Positions 12,301 to 30,874 of a stretch of DNA of 64,000 bases are shown here, in pieces; within the stretch, counting starts at the first letter, position 1; each line of letters opens with the position of its first letter. A program made the translations under genes and the position numbers. This DNA comes from Podarcis tiliguerta (lineage: Eukaryota), in NCBI GenBank assembly GCA_965153285.1, contig OZ229117.1. One strand, written 5' to 3'. The notes under the pieces were generated by a model. That model was not told the origin of the DNA. It did no database searches and worked only from the letters and a program-made list of their open reading frames with translations.

Positions 12301-13523
12301 TGGAAAGGCAGGGATCTTTAGTCTTCACAACTGCCACAATTTGGGAAAGACCTACTGGGGAAAAGCCTGTACTGTTTTGGTTTCTTTGAATAGAGGTAAC
12401 TTAAATGAAGCCGGGTGCTTTATTGCTGAACTATGCCTGACTCCGGCTCCTGACAGTAGTTTAGAAAACACAATTTCAGCTATTTGAGACTATGTAGGAT
12501 GATGAAACCTCTGCACCTTGACTGTAAGCCATAAGCCATCACACCTATTACTACCCATCTATCACCTCTCTTCCTATTATCACTTTGCTTGAGTATTTAA
12601 ATATTCCTAGCCGAGGATGACTTATAATTTTTTTGAATACCAATTAACAGAAATGCCAACTTCAAACTGCAGCAAGATCACACACAGCCCTATTATTCAA
12701 AGGACACTATAAAAAAAAAATCACTGGCCAGTCCTCCAAGCCAGGAGCTGGTCAGTCTTGCCCCACTGCTGTCCAGTAGACCCGGAAGAACTATTGTGCC
12801 ACTAATGGGACAAGGCTCCCCCTCCCCAACTCAGTCACAAGTTTCATTTGACAGAGAAAAAGATAAAGTTTGTACAGTCATCCACAGAGCAACAACCATT
12901 TATTTGGGAGGGAACCACGACGTAAATATTCCACCTCATCTGGCACTGCCTCCAAAAATACAGATCAAAGAAATTGAAATACTAATTTCAGAGCAAAACA
13001 TGAAAACAGAAATAAAAGGAATATGCCATGTTATCCACAAAATTAAAGAGCAATGTTTTCTGCCTACAATGGCCCTTAGAAGTAAAGTTAAGACCCACCT
13101 TTTCAGCTCCTCTTCTTTGATCCTCTCCTCTTCCCACAAGAAGACACCAGTGACGGCTGCCAACAGCTTGCAGGCACTGGTATAACGCCCTAGGAACTTG
13201 CGCCACAAAGAGCTGAAGAGGCTTTTGCGTGTTCTCTCAGAGTAGATGTTACTGTACAGCTGTCCAATCTGCTGAGCACGCTGGACCCTTTGGCCGGTCA
13301 CATAGCTGCACTGGTTGGCCAGTAGTGAGAGTAGGTTTTTCTGCCTTGGACATTGCTCTGTTCCTTTCCGTAGCCAGGTGAGCAGCCACTGGTACCTGTC
13401 TTTCAAGGACTTCTCATTTTGCCAAACAAGTTGTAGTTTCCCTTTGTAGCCGATGAAGCGGGCAGTATTCGTGTAGTAGGAATAAATGCTGGAGGGAGGC
13501 CTCCAATGAAGTGGGTGGAACAT
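415..13523 (-). CDS. STARD7: STARD7, mitochondrial START-domain phosphatidylcholine transfer protein; spliced and partial (last coding exon left of window). Exons: 13099-13523, 5971-6161, 5052-5101, 3659-3769, 3485-3567, 2776-2875, 415-499
   Basis: Spliced translation includes [104 protein letters not shown]. All introns GT-AG with consistent phases. Confidence 0.97.
1480..1616. mobile_element. Truncated Tc1/mariner-type MITE (one end)
   Basis: CpG-rich fragment with ACTTCCGGG, ending in degenerate TIR CCAAGGCATGACCATA resembling the elements at 8600 and 27109. Confidence 0.45.
2776..2875 (-). CDS. STARD7: STARD7 coding exon 6
   Basis: AVEHPSVPEDPEFVRVQTYESQMVIRPHSSFDE; 100 bp. Confidence 0.95.
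3485..3567 (-). CDS. STARD7: STARD7 coding exon 5
   Basis: [28 protein letters not shown]; 83 bp. Confidence 0.95.
3659..3769 (-). CDS. STARD7: STARD7 coding exon 4
   Basis: [37 protein letters not shown]; 111 bp. Confidence 0.95.
4235..4660 (+). mobile_element. L2-clade LINE 3' end
   Basis: LRDRLSRY...TRARAFS-type ORF2 end; CCGCCCTGAGCC terminal motif; (TTA)n tail 4632-4660. Confidence 0.7.
5052..5101 (-). CDS. STARD7: STARD7 coding exon 3
   Basis: [17 protein letters not shown]; 50 bp. Confidence 0.95.
5971..6161 (-). CDS. STARD7: STARD7 coding exon 2
   Basis: SAEEMKRMEE...HLYQYR; 191 bp; AAG acceptor, GTAGTT donor. Confidence 0.93.
6370..7200 (-). mobile_element. Degenerate L1-clade LINE ORF2 fragment
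   Basis: - strand 6521-6600 reads PKCWRGCTSISTYLHMWDCPKIQPFW (L1 C-terminal CCHC region). Confidence 0.7.
7255..7530. repeat. Nested palindromic tandem repeat
   Basis: GCAAAAGA..TCTTTTGC hairpin units alternating with CCTGATTCACC/GGTGAATCAGG inverted arms. Confidence 0.65.
7572..7745 (+). mobile_element. tRNA(Ala)-like SINE, degenerate
   Basis: Head resembles tRNA-Ala (B-box GTTCAATCCC); related copies at 52376-52510, ~53530-53660 and on - strand ~1270-1465. Confidence 0.5.
8600..8851. mobile_element. Tc1/mariner-type MITE
   Basis: TA|CAGTCATACCTC ... GAGGCACCACTG imperfect TIRs; CpG-rich interior. Confidence 0.7.
9251..9322. repeat. Compound (TG)n(AG)n microsatellite
   Basis: Directly visible. 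Confidence 0.95.
9586..9712 (-). mobile_element. RTE-clade LINE 3' fragment
   Basis: - strand ends ...CCATTGTTTCTTGAGGCAGACGGATGCCAACAACAAC with (CAA)n tail. Confidence 0.45.
10060..10326 (+). mobile_element. L2-clade LINE 3' end
   Basis: [28 protein letters not shown]; (TTA)n tail; same family as 38825-39065. Confidence 0.75.
11977..12455 (+). mobile_element. Probable solo LTR
   Basis: Starts TGTCATGG, ends CCTGACA; flanks ATAGT/GTAGT (5-bp TSD, 1 mismatch); degenerate AATAGA near 3' end. Confidence 0.6.
13099..13523 (-). CDS. STARD7: STARD7 coding exon 1 (exon begins 13542; ATG at 13523)
   Basis: MFHPLHW...WEEERIKEEELKR; acceptor tctctcttcccaag before 13542; donor AG|GTGGGT. Confidence 0.88.
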
Positions 13524-16329
13524 TCCTGCCAAGCCTCACGGACTTGGGAAGAGAGATCAGAACAGAAAATTAGTCACAAAAGATGCCAACAGAAGTCAGT
13601 CTTTCACACCTACGTGCTTAGAATATGCCCTACTAACTTTGCAGCTCTGCCGTTCCCAGGCTTTAGTCTCACGCTAGGCTTCCAAAGCCACCAAAGGATC
13701 AAAGAAGCAAGTGTAGCCACACTGGAAAGCACCCCTACCTCCCGCCAACAATCCATCAAAACCTTGACAGAACACTTCTTTACCTCACTAACATCAAATA
13801 GATGAAGAGCAACTATGGAATTTCAGTTACCTGAATGACAGTAATGCAATTTCTAAAAGCTCTCACCATAACAGACCCTTGCTTTGTTCAGTGTGAGTAT
13901 GCATGATTTTTCTGTGTTATTGCATAGCAAAAAGTTTCTAAAAAATTATTTTGCCCTGCTGTTTTATAGATGAAATCACAAGCCACTTCATCCAATTAAC
14001 CAAGAGGATTAGTGTGCTGTTATTCCCAAAGCATAATTGCCGTTACTATTTTAGTTAAGTCATTCTATTTATTTTAAAACAGAATTTACTCAGTTGCTTG
14101 AAATTAGACTAAGCAAGCTCATTTAGGCCAAAAGAGAAGGTGGCCAGGAAATTTATAATACACCAGCAGATAGGTCAGCTCATGCATTGTTTGAATCTGT
14201 GGTTTCTAACTTTCCCTTCTGTTCAAGCACAGTCTTTCTTCAAGTGGATACCAGGCAGGTCCACAAGAAAATATACAAATTAATGACTAGCTTCTGTCAG
14301 CCAGCACAATAATAGTCAACTGCAAGAATACAGAAAAGGTGGAGGGGGGAATTAGTCTGAAAAGTGTCATTTTGAAAGCTTGCTTCCAAGATCTGAGCAA
14401 GTAGCTTCTCTAAAAAAATATGTCTCCCCAAAAGCAGATTTATTGATATGGCTTGCAGGGAAGTAATAGAATGAACACCATCAAACTACACAAATCATAT
14501 GAAAGGGGCAAATTGTTCATTGCATTCCTTTGCCAGAAATTCTGCTTATCAAACTGGCTTAAGAGGAGACAACACCCTCCCACAATTTTCCAGTGATTTG
14601 ACCTCCTCTCCAGTCAGAGAAGGAGCCAAAAATAAACAGGCTCTCTCCCAGCTCCACCTTGCTTTCACAATACAGCAAAACCTGGCAGGTAATCTGCATT
14701 AGCAGCATTAACTTTCAGTCTTTCAAACAGCCTAAGCTTAACAATCACCCAGCAATGACCCTGGTGCAGGACCATTAATAGTCACGCCTGTACTCTAAGC
14801 ATGAAAGAGGAAGAAGTGTTTGACAGGCATTTTTTTGCAGACAAGGGTAGAGTATTCTGCAGCTGATGCAGTGGAACACCCTCATGCAGGATTGCTTCAG
14901 GCTTTGCACAAGAATATTAAGGTAACAGATAAATGAGCAGCAATTGCTTTTCTCTTTCAGCTGCTGTAGCTGATCCCAAGCACAAACCTGTTAGTCCCTT
15001 AATGGCCAAGAAGTTTGTGGACAAGAGCAGGAAGCTCTGGGTACAATCTTAAAACTGACATTCCTATCAGCCTTCGCAATTCTGTGCTGACAAGCAGCCA
15101 CTGATTCTTTGATAGGACCACAGTAAGCCACGTAACCTACATTGGGAGTTGAATGGAGATTAGTCTCAAATAAGTGCAGCCTAATTCTTTCAGGTGTCAC
15201 AGAAAATTTGGGTTTTAATACAGCTGCTTTGAAGATTAGACATTAGCATGCCTTCAGGTTACAGAAGCCCTCCAACCCATCCAGTCAGGTGCAAAGAGCC
15301 TTCCTCCTGTAAGTTTTGAGGCCTTTTGTGCCTCCTGGACAGAGGGTAGTAACCAACTAAATTCTAGTCAGTGGAAACTCACTGAAATTAATGGACCTCT
15401 GTGAGTCTTGTCACAAGGGGTCTACTAAGTATGACTGTTGGATACAGCCTAGATCATCCTGCCTGCAAACCACTAATAAACTTTATTTGGGCTACTTTGT
15501 TTGCTGATAAAGTTCTGAGTAAAACAAAAACGCCAAAAAAATTGCTTTCTCCCAAATTCTTTACATGGAAATATTTAAATTTGCAAATTATTTATAAAGG
15601 CTTTGTGTTTACTGGCACATGAGATGGTTACAACAAAGAACGGAAGCGAAGAACAATATTCCTTAGGTCATAAAGCAAGTAAATAGCAAAGCTTCCTCCA
15701 GGAATCCAGGTCCAAATCTCTAGATCAGCCTTCTTAGAGGCATAGGAACTGCACCCAATTCACTGCAGGAGAAAAAGAAATGCTACAGATTTTCAGAGTG
15801 AAACCAGGGATACAGTACTTAATTACTGTGAAGGCTGGCAACATTAACCCCTCCATGGGGATGACTGCAGTTCCTAGAGACAGGCAGTAAGAATGTATTT
15901 CCTCAGCAATGCACAAAGAAGAACCACCATGGTGCATATGCACCAGCAAAACCTTCATCTACCCCAGCTGCAACAAAGCATGTCTGCCCCATACTGGTTT
16001 CTACAGCCACATCAGGCACTACAATTCCCAGAATGGTTTAACAACCAATCCTTCCCAGAGAACTCTAGAAATTGCACCTTTGCAAGGGGAATAGGGGGCC
16101 TCCTAAAAACTCTCAGCACACCTAACAAACTACAGCTCCCATAATTCTTTGGGAGAAGCCATGACTGTTTTAAATCCTATTACAGCACCAGAAATGTAGT
16201 GTGTAACTGTGGCCTTGGTCAGGTCCATTAATTTCAACAGGGGTCTACTCTAATGCCACCCTGCAACCCTAATCATTATTCCGTTTATTTACTGTATTTC
16301 TATACTGTCCTTCATCCGAGGATCATAGT

Positions 16330-16826
16330 TAGGGGTGTGCGATATATTGATATTTTGTCTCTTACCGGTATGAACTCCAGACTGTGATAAAGGTTTCATA
16401 TTTTTTCACCTTGTAATGTATTGAGAATGCACTGCCACCCAGCTGGCCTTGCAGACCTGGCAAGCAGGAAGCAGGGAGGTGGTAGACTCTCCTTCCTTGG
16501 GGGTTTTTAAGCAGAGGTTGCATGGCCATCTGTAACTAGGCACCATGTAGAACCTAGACTGTCTACCTGACTTTCTAAACTTGATTTACACCAGTTCCCA
16601 ATTTGTTACAGGGCCAAATTCAAGGTGTACCTATGGGTATATAAAGCCCTTAACTGCATAATTTTCCATTTAGTTATACACATCAATTTTAGATTTTTAT
16701 TCTTTTCAATATTTTCCTAGATTATTATAAGCTCCAACCTTATTTCAGACATGGTGATATATCGAGATATTGATGTTTAGCTGGCATTATACCGTGATAT
16801 CGAAAACCAGAAACTGTCCAGCCCTA
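16330..16826. mobile_element. Non-autonomous hAT-type DNA transposon (TAGGG termini)
   Basis: TAGGGGTGTGCGATAT ... TGTCCAGCCCTA; 8-bp TSD ATCATAGT/ATCACAGT; internal CR1-like fragment ~16475-16532. Confidence 0.7.
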
Positions 16827-16859
16827 ATCACAGTATAAAAACACACACAACCTAGTAAC

Positions 16860-17840
16860 AAAATCACGTGGCCCGCTAAGCAGCTCAACTCCGGCCCCCA
16901 GCTGCGCACCCACCTGTCGCGGCCGCGATCCGCGCTCTCGCCTAGGCGTGTGCTAGCATTCCACTGAGAGGCGCGCAGCCCGGGACAGGAGGGCCCCGCA
17001 CGCAGGAGCTCCACTTCTGGGCTCAAGGAGAGGAAAGAAGGGCGAGCCCCGCAGGCTGGGCAGGGAAGGAAACAGGCCCGGGCCGCTTAACGGGGGGAGA
17101 CGTGAGGGGCTTCGCTTGCCGGGAGCCTCTTCCCGTCAGACTCTGGCCGGGGCCTCCCCGAGAATTCGGCGGCACCGACTCCCGAGCCCTCCCGCCGCCG
17201 CTGCCACTCGCTGTTCTGCGGTGGAACCGGCGGGCGACCTTCAGCACCGACTCACCTGGCGACGTCCGGCCCCTCTCGCGGTTGCCAGGGGCGACCCGCG
17301 CCCAGCGGCCTAGCGGACTGAGAGGCGACGCGCTCCGGGAGACTCCAGCCTGCCGCTCTCCGCTTCCCCTCACAGCCGAGAAGCCTCCGCACGGGCGACA
17401 CTCCGCACGCGCGCTGCGTCCCGCCCCCTGCCCTCTAGGCCCCGCCCGCCGGTCCTTCGACGGCGCCCCGCCATTGGCCGCTCCCTCCCCGTCCTCGCCG
17501 TCCGGTTGGAGGAGAGGGGCATCCGTCTCCTTGCCTTGCCGCAGCCAGCACGTTAGGCTGCCCCAGCTTCTTCGTTTGATCTTGCTGTCAGCCGCCGCCA
17601 AGCCTCCCCTCTGCCTTGTGACCCGCTCAAGGGCGCCTTGGAGACAGCAGGTCCCCACTCGGGGCTGCCCCTCGCGATGCCTGCGTGGGTTGCTGGAGGA
17701 CTAGCTGCGTTTTTTGTCAGGTCAGGCCACCGCCGCCGACTCAAATGCGGACGCCTTTTCCCCCCACACCAAGCTTCAGAAACAAAGCCTCTTATCGCAC
17801 TTAAGAACGGCGTAACTGCGCCGGGTATGAAAATCAGCAA
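16860..17840. promoter_or_regulatory. STARD7: CpG island / STARD7 promoter
   Basis: Abrupt GC/CpG-rich stretch; GC boxes (CCCGCCC ~17420, ~17441); CCAAT on - strand (ATTGG 17473-17477); nearest island upstream of the first coding exon. Confidence 0.85.
17256..17400 (-). other. STARD7: Putative non-coding first exon of STARD7 (5' end approximate)
   Basis: Consensus donor CAG|GTGAGT at 17256/17255 just downstream of GC/CCAAT boxes; the coding exon has its own acceptor at 13542. Confidence 0.6.
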
Positions 17841-18547
17841 GCGCTGCCACCCCCCTTTGCTAAATCTTCATGTACTGAGGAAAACATTTCACCCTTCTGC
17901 GTTTATTTTTTTTTTTTTTTGCGTGCAAGTGACCGAAAAGGCAGTGCAGGATAATGGTTGAGCCGGGACAGCAGCGTCCCAATCCCCAGCCAGCCTTGAG
18001 GCCCTCCTAACTCAAAGGGTTGGTGTAAGAACACGGCAGTCCCTTGTACGTCATCCTGAGCTCAATTATGAGTTAGGCAATCATGAGTTACTCAAGTTCA
18101 ATTAATTAATGTTACTATGCTGCTCTTTCTCCTCCCTCTCCACCACGTTCGGAGGCAAATATTTCAAAAACTTGGAACGCCTGCTAGGACCCGGAGCTTA
18201 GAAGCCACACACTTACATTAAAACAAGGAGAACCTGCCAGCCTCCAGACTTTGCTGCGCTCCAACTCCCAGCAGCAGCCAGAACTTTTATAAAAACAGAA
18301 CTTTTATAAAGCTCTAAATGATTCCTGTACTTCAAACACCTCAAGCCAATTAAAGCTGGCAGCAATCAAAATCAGTTTCAGTAAAACTTTTAATTCTAGA
18401 TTTTCAATAATTCTCATAGGCTTTGAACACATTTTGAATCATTTTAAAGATAACAAATCTAACAAGAAGTGGCTTTTTATTAAATGTGAAGTTATCATAT
18501 CACATGGAAAACTTCTCTCCCATCAGGATCTTCAAAACAACATATTT

Positions 18548-18912
18548 GTAAAGGTAAGGTAAAAGAACCTAGGACAGTTAAGACCAGTCAAATTTGACTA
18601 GGGTGCGGCGCTCATCTCCGTTTTCAGGCTGAGGGAGCTGGCATTTGTCCACAGACAGCTTTTCCAGGTCCTGTGGCCAACATGACTAAGCCACTTCTGG
18701 TGCATGGGACACTGACGAGTGCCAAAGCGCATGGAAACGTCTTTTACCTTCCCGCAAAGGCAGTACCTATTTACTCATGCTGGTATACTTTTGAACTGCT
18801 AGGTTGGCAGGAGCTGGGACAAAGCAACGGGAGCTCACCCCATTGCGTGGATTTGAACTATCGGCAAGCCCAAGAGGCTTAGTGGTTTAGACCACAGCAG
18901 CACCCACATCCT
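18548..18912 (-). mobile_element. Sauria SINE, near full length
   Basis: (AAAGGT)n reverse tail; GTCCACAGACAGCTT..GTGGCCAACATGACT core; tRNA-like head at right end. Confidence 0.8.
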
Positions 18913-19956
18913 TTTATAAAGATGCATATTCAGTTGCTTAAAATACAGAAGTTAATCACTTTTTTAAAAAGTTTACGTAGATGCCACCCTGCGGAACATT
19001 TGTATTTGAATTTCTGTTGGGTAACATGTTGCCATACCTTTTGAGTACAGTATTTTACAATTAGGTCAATTGGGGGTGGTAGTGTGAGAACAAACAAATC
19101 TAAAATACTTGGATGCGAGATGCTACCATCCTCTCTGGGGCATAGATTTTGCTCTGAACATGTGTACCTTGTGAGAGAACTTGAGTTGGCCAAGGCAAGA
19201 CAGTCAAAATAACTTCAGTCAATATACCACTCTATGTAATTGCTCTCATTTTGCAAAGCCACAGGCACCCAGATCTTAGTGCAAGAAAATCCACAAGAAC
19301 TCTACTCTGTAACAAAGTATTTCATTCTTGTCTTGGCAAATTCAGGACCACTTCTATCCCCATCCTTTCCATGTCAGCTGAGAAGCCATGACATACTCTA
19401 TACCTCTCCCACCTCCTGGAGTCAAAATTTGGACTGTATGTCCATAATAGCAAAGACATTTGTTTTGTGATTATCTGTCGATCTGCAGCTATAGAGACAT
19501 TCTCTTGGTAGTGTGTATATTGGAGTTTTCACAGGTAGTTCCACAGCTTTAAAACTGCCTTCGTCCAGAGATCCAAGTGCCCTCCAGTAGTGATGCAAGA
19601 CCCCTACATATATCACTAGCCTTCATAGATGAGAGAGACTAGAAATTCTAATTCTGGAGTCATGCATTAGCCTTAGAAGCAACCAAGTTCAAGACAAGTT
19701 GGCTAAGGAACAATTCGCACTAAAGGACAGTAGTATAATGGTTTTGACAGCAAAGAAAAAAAAAAAGCTTTTTAAGATGCACATGCAAGGCAGTGGCCTT
19801 TGGTGACTGACAGACAGCTTATATACAAGCAAACAATAGGCAGGTTTGGTTAATGCTTTCTAATGGTGTGTGGGTGAACAGGATTGCCCAGTTATGTGGT
19901 AATTTCTCTCAGCCATAGTATAAACACCCAAAAGAAAAGACTATTTACATCCTTAT

Positions 19957-19962
19957 TTTATT
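19957..19962 (-). terminator. TMEM127: Candidate TMEM127 poly(A) signal (alternatives 20976-20981, 18476-18481)
   Basis: AATAAA on - strand after a repeat-poor 2.5 kb 3'UTR-like stretch; usage not decidable from sequence. Confidence 0.35.
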
Positions 19963-22469
19963 TTTGGTAGAAAAGGGTATTCAGGATTTTACAGATGGAT
20001 TTAATCAACAGTGCTTCATGAATGTTGTTCAAGGTCTAAAAATGATCACAGTAACCAAGTACACATGGAAACCAGTTTTGGTCAAGTCCCCTCTGTGGAA
20101 ACAAGCTGAATGGAGCCACCTCCATACTGGAGATAAGTCAAACTCCCTTTGGCACATGGAGGTGCTGCCAGTGTTGCTTTCCCTTCTCAGGGCCAGAAAA
20201 AGAGAAGACTGCAAGAGTGACCAGCAAAATATCCCCGAGACCAACCACTGATCTCTTCGATAGCCAAAGATTAGAGATTAGGTGGAGATAGTAAAATTAT
20301 GCATACTATTTACAGCCAAACTCTTTTCTCATATGCAGCAGTGGGGAGGGGGAGGAGAGAGGGGGAAGGGACAGTCTCTGCTCACACCACATACAAAAGG
20401 AGCTACAGAGTCAACTCTGTTGACATGTGGAAGGCCCTCTTCTGGTAAAGAGAGTGAGCAATAACAAGAAGAGAACACAAAATGAGAATGCACCAGTGGC
20501 ACATTCATCATTCACTGGACTGGAGCTGAATGAAAACCACTCTTTGTCTAATCTCCTACAAACTGCTTTTTAAAGACAGACTTCTTTCAAATTCTACAAT
20601 TTAGTCGCATTTCTCTATCTTTTGAAGGACACAGAGAAGGAAGCACATTATCAGAATCCAATTATAGCCCCCATTTTCAAGTGATTAGGATAACACAAAG
20701 GAATCACTCCTCACTGTGATGTTTAACATTTCATACTTGTAGCAGGAAAATCTCAGCTACACTGCACATTACTTTTGCATGAACCAGTTCTAGACAGAGA
20801 GAAGTTAGCAGACTGAAATCAGATAGACATCTGAAAGACAGGAGTGTCCTCAGGATATAGCTTCAGCATATACTGAATGGCAACCTGTTTCATGGAAGTT
20901 TCACTGTTGAATCTCTTGTCTTCCTAAGTTAAAGCAGGTCTTGCTTTTAGTTTTCCAAAGTGCCATCCCCTTATTTTTATTTTAAACTGAAACAGGCATC
21001 TCTTTCATCCACTCCCTCCCATCTTTTCAGTTCAACATAACATCCCACCTAGTCATCAAAAAAGAGCTGCAGTGAGTAGGTCAAGTTCCTGGCTTATTCA
21101 AAGCAATTTTAGTTCAAAGCACTACAATACACAAAGAAAAAGGGGATGTCAGTCATTACACAGAGCATCATGCACCATCTTGCATCACTGCCTGCAACTA
21201 TCAGGAATATCTCTGCCTCTCAGTTAAACAGTGGCTTAAGTTGGAAGAACTGCCTTTTGGGCTAGAGAGCTTAAAAACCAGAAGTAAATATAGTTTCAAT
21301 TAAAATAGATTTAAAAATTAAAATCAAGCCTAGGATCAGATTTTGCATATAGTCTTGTGATACACAAATAGGTGCCAATACTATTTCTCCAAAACTGGGA
21401 CATGAGTGTGCACAGAGGTATGTACACATGTGCCAACACAAACACACACACCAGGGCCAACTGGAATGATAACCCTTTAAAAGGTGCTGTTCCTTTACCT
21501 CAAAAGGTAGCCCAGTCCATCCAGGAGATATTTAGTAGTGGCAACATCCCGGAGGTGGCTCTGCCAAGTTTTGTTGGTCCTCCCCCCCACCCTTCCCAAT
21601 GCCTGTGGAGGAATGGGGGCTACGAGAACAGCAAATAAAGTGCAAAATGTTTCTCTTAAGTAGCATGAGGCAGAATGTGGGAGAGGAAGAAGCAATGGTG
21701 GCAGCAAGCTTACCATGCCTTTCAGAGAGCACATGAATCAACCCAAATGTGTCACCTCCCCACAAACCAGTGCATAGAGAAGGATTCCCACCTTCTGATG
21801 TGCTAAATGAAGAACATCTTTGCCCCCAGGTGTGAATATCAGTGAGAGTCACATTCCCCCCAAAGAGGCAGCGCCTCGGAGTGCAGGTGGATGAACAGTG
21901 CAGGACTGCTGAACTCACGACCACAAGTGTGCATACTAGTGTGAAAGATCTTATCACAATGCAAAAAAAACTGTGGACCCCTCCCCCCTCTTCCCAAACA
22001 CTTAAGTCAAGCTTGCACATGCCATCTCTTTCACATACAAGGCAAGACCTCTCCTGGAGTAGCTGTGCTTTGCCTCTCTGTACAGGAGGACACCCAAGTG
22101 ACTGCAAGTAGCTGGACTGCCTGGGTCGAGTCTGTTGAGTCACAAAAAAGCACAAACCTATAGCTGGGTCACACCAGTCAGTTCATTGAGTCACTTGCTG
22201 TACGAAATGCAAGGGGCTGGGAAAGAAAAATCACCCATAGGGCTGCTTTGGAAGTCACAGCATGAGCAAAGCTTCAGTTTGCAGCTCCAAAGTGAGTTCT
22301 CTTCCTGGCTGGGAGGTCATAAAAGTGAGTGAACCACCTGGGAAAGAAAAGCACCAGTGAGTGGCTCCAGGCAAGGGAATGCAGTCCCAAGTGATTGTGT
22401 GCAGTTAGGATCTGCAGCTGGGCTACAAGAAAGCCTTCTTTCCCCCAGCCCAGTCGTTCAGTGGTAGCA

Positions 22470-30874
<8,405 letters not shown>

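Noticed and set aside
17023-17961. Overlapping 100-211 aa ORFs in the STARD7 CpG island
   Set aside because: Stop-codon depletion in GC-rich DNA; R/P/G/A-rich, mostly non-ATG starts, no recognisable domain
21532-22155. 207-aa ORF in the TMEM127 3'UTR
   Set aside because: Non-ATG start, no homology recognised, no splice support
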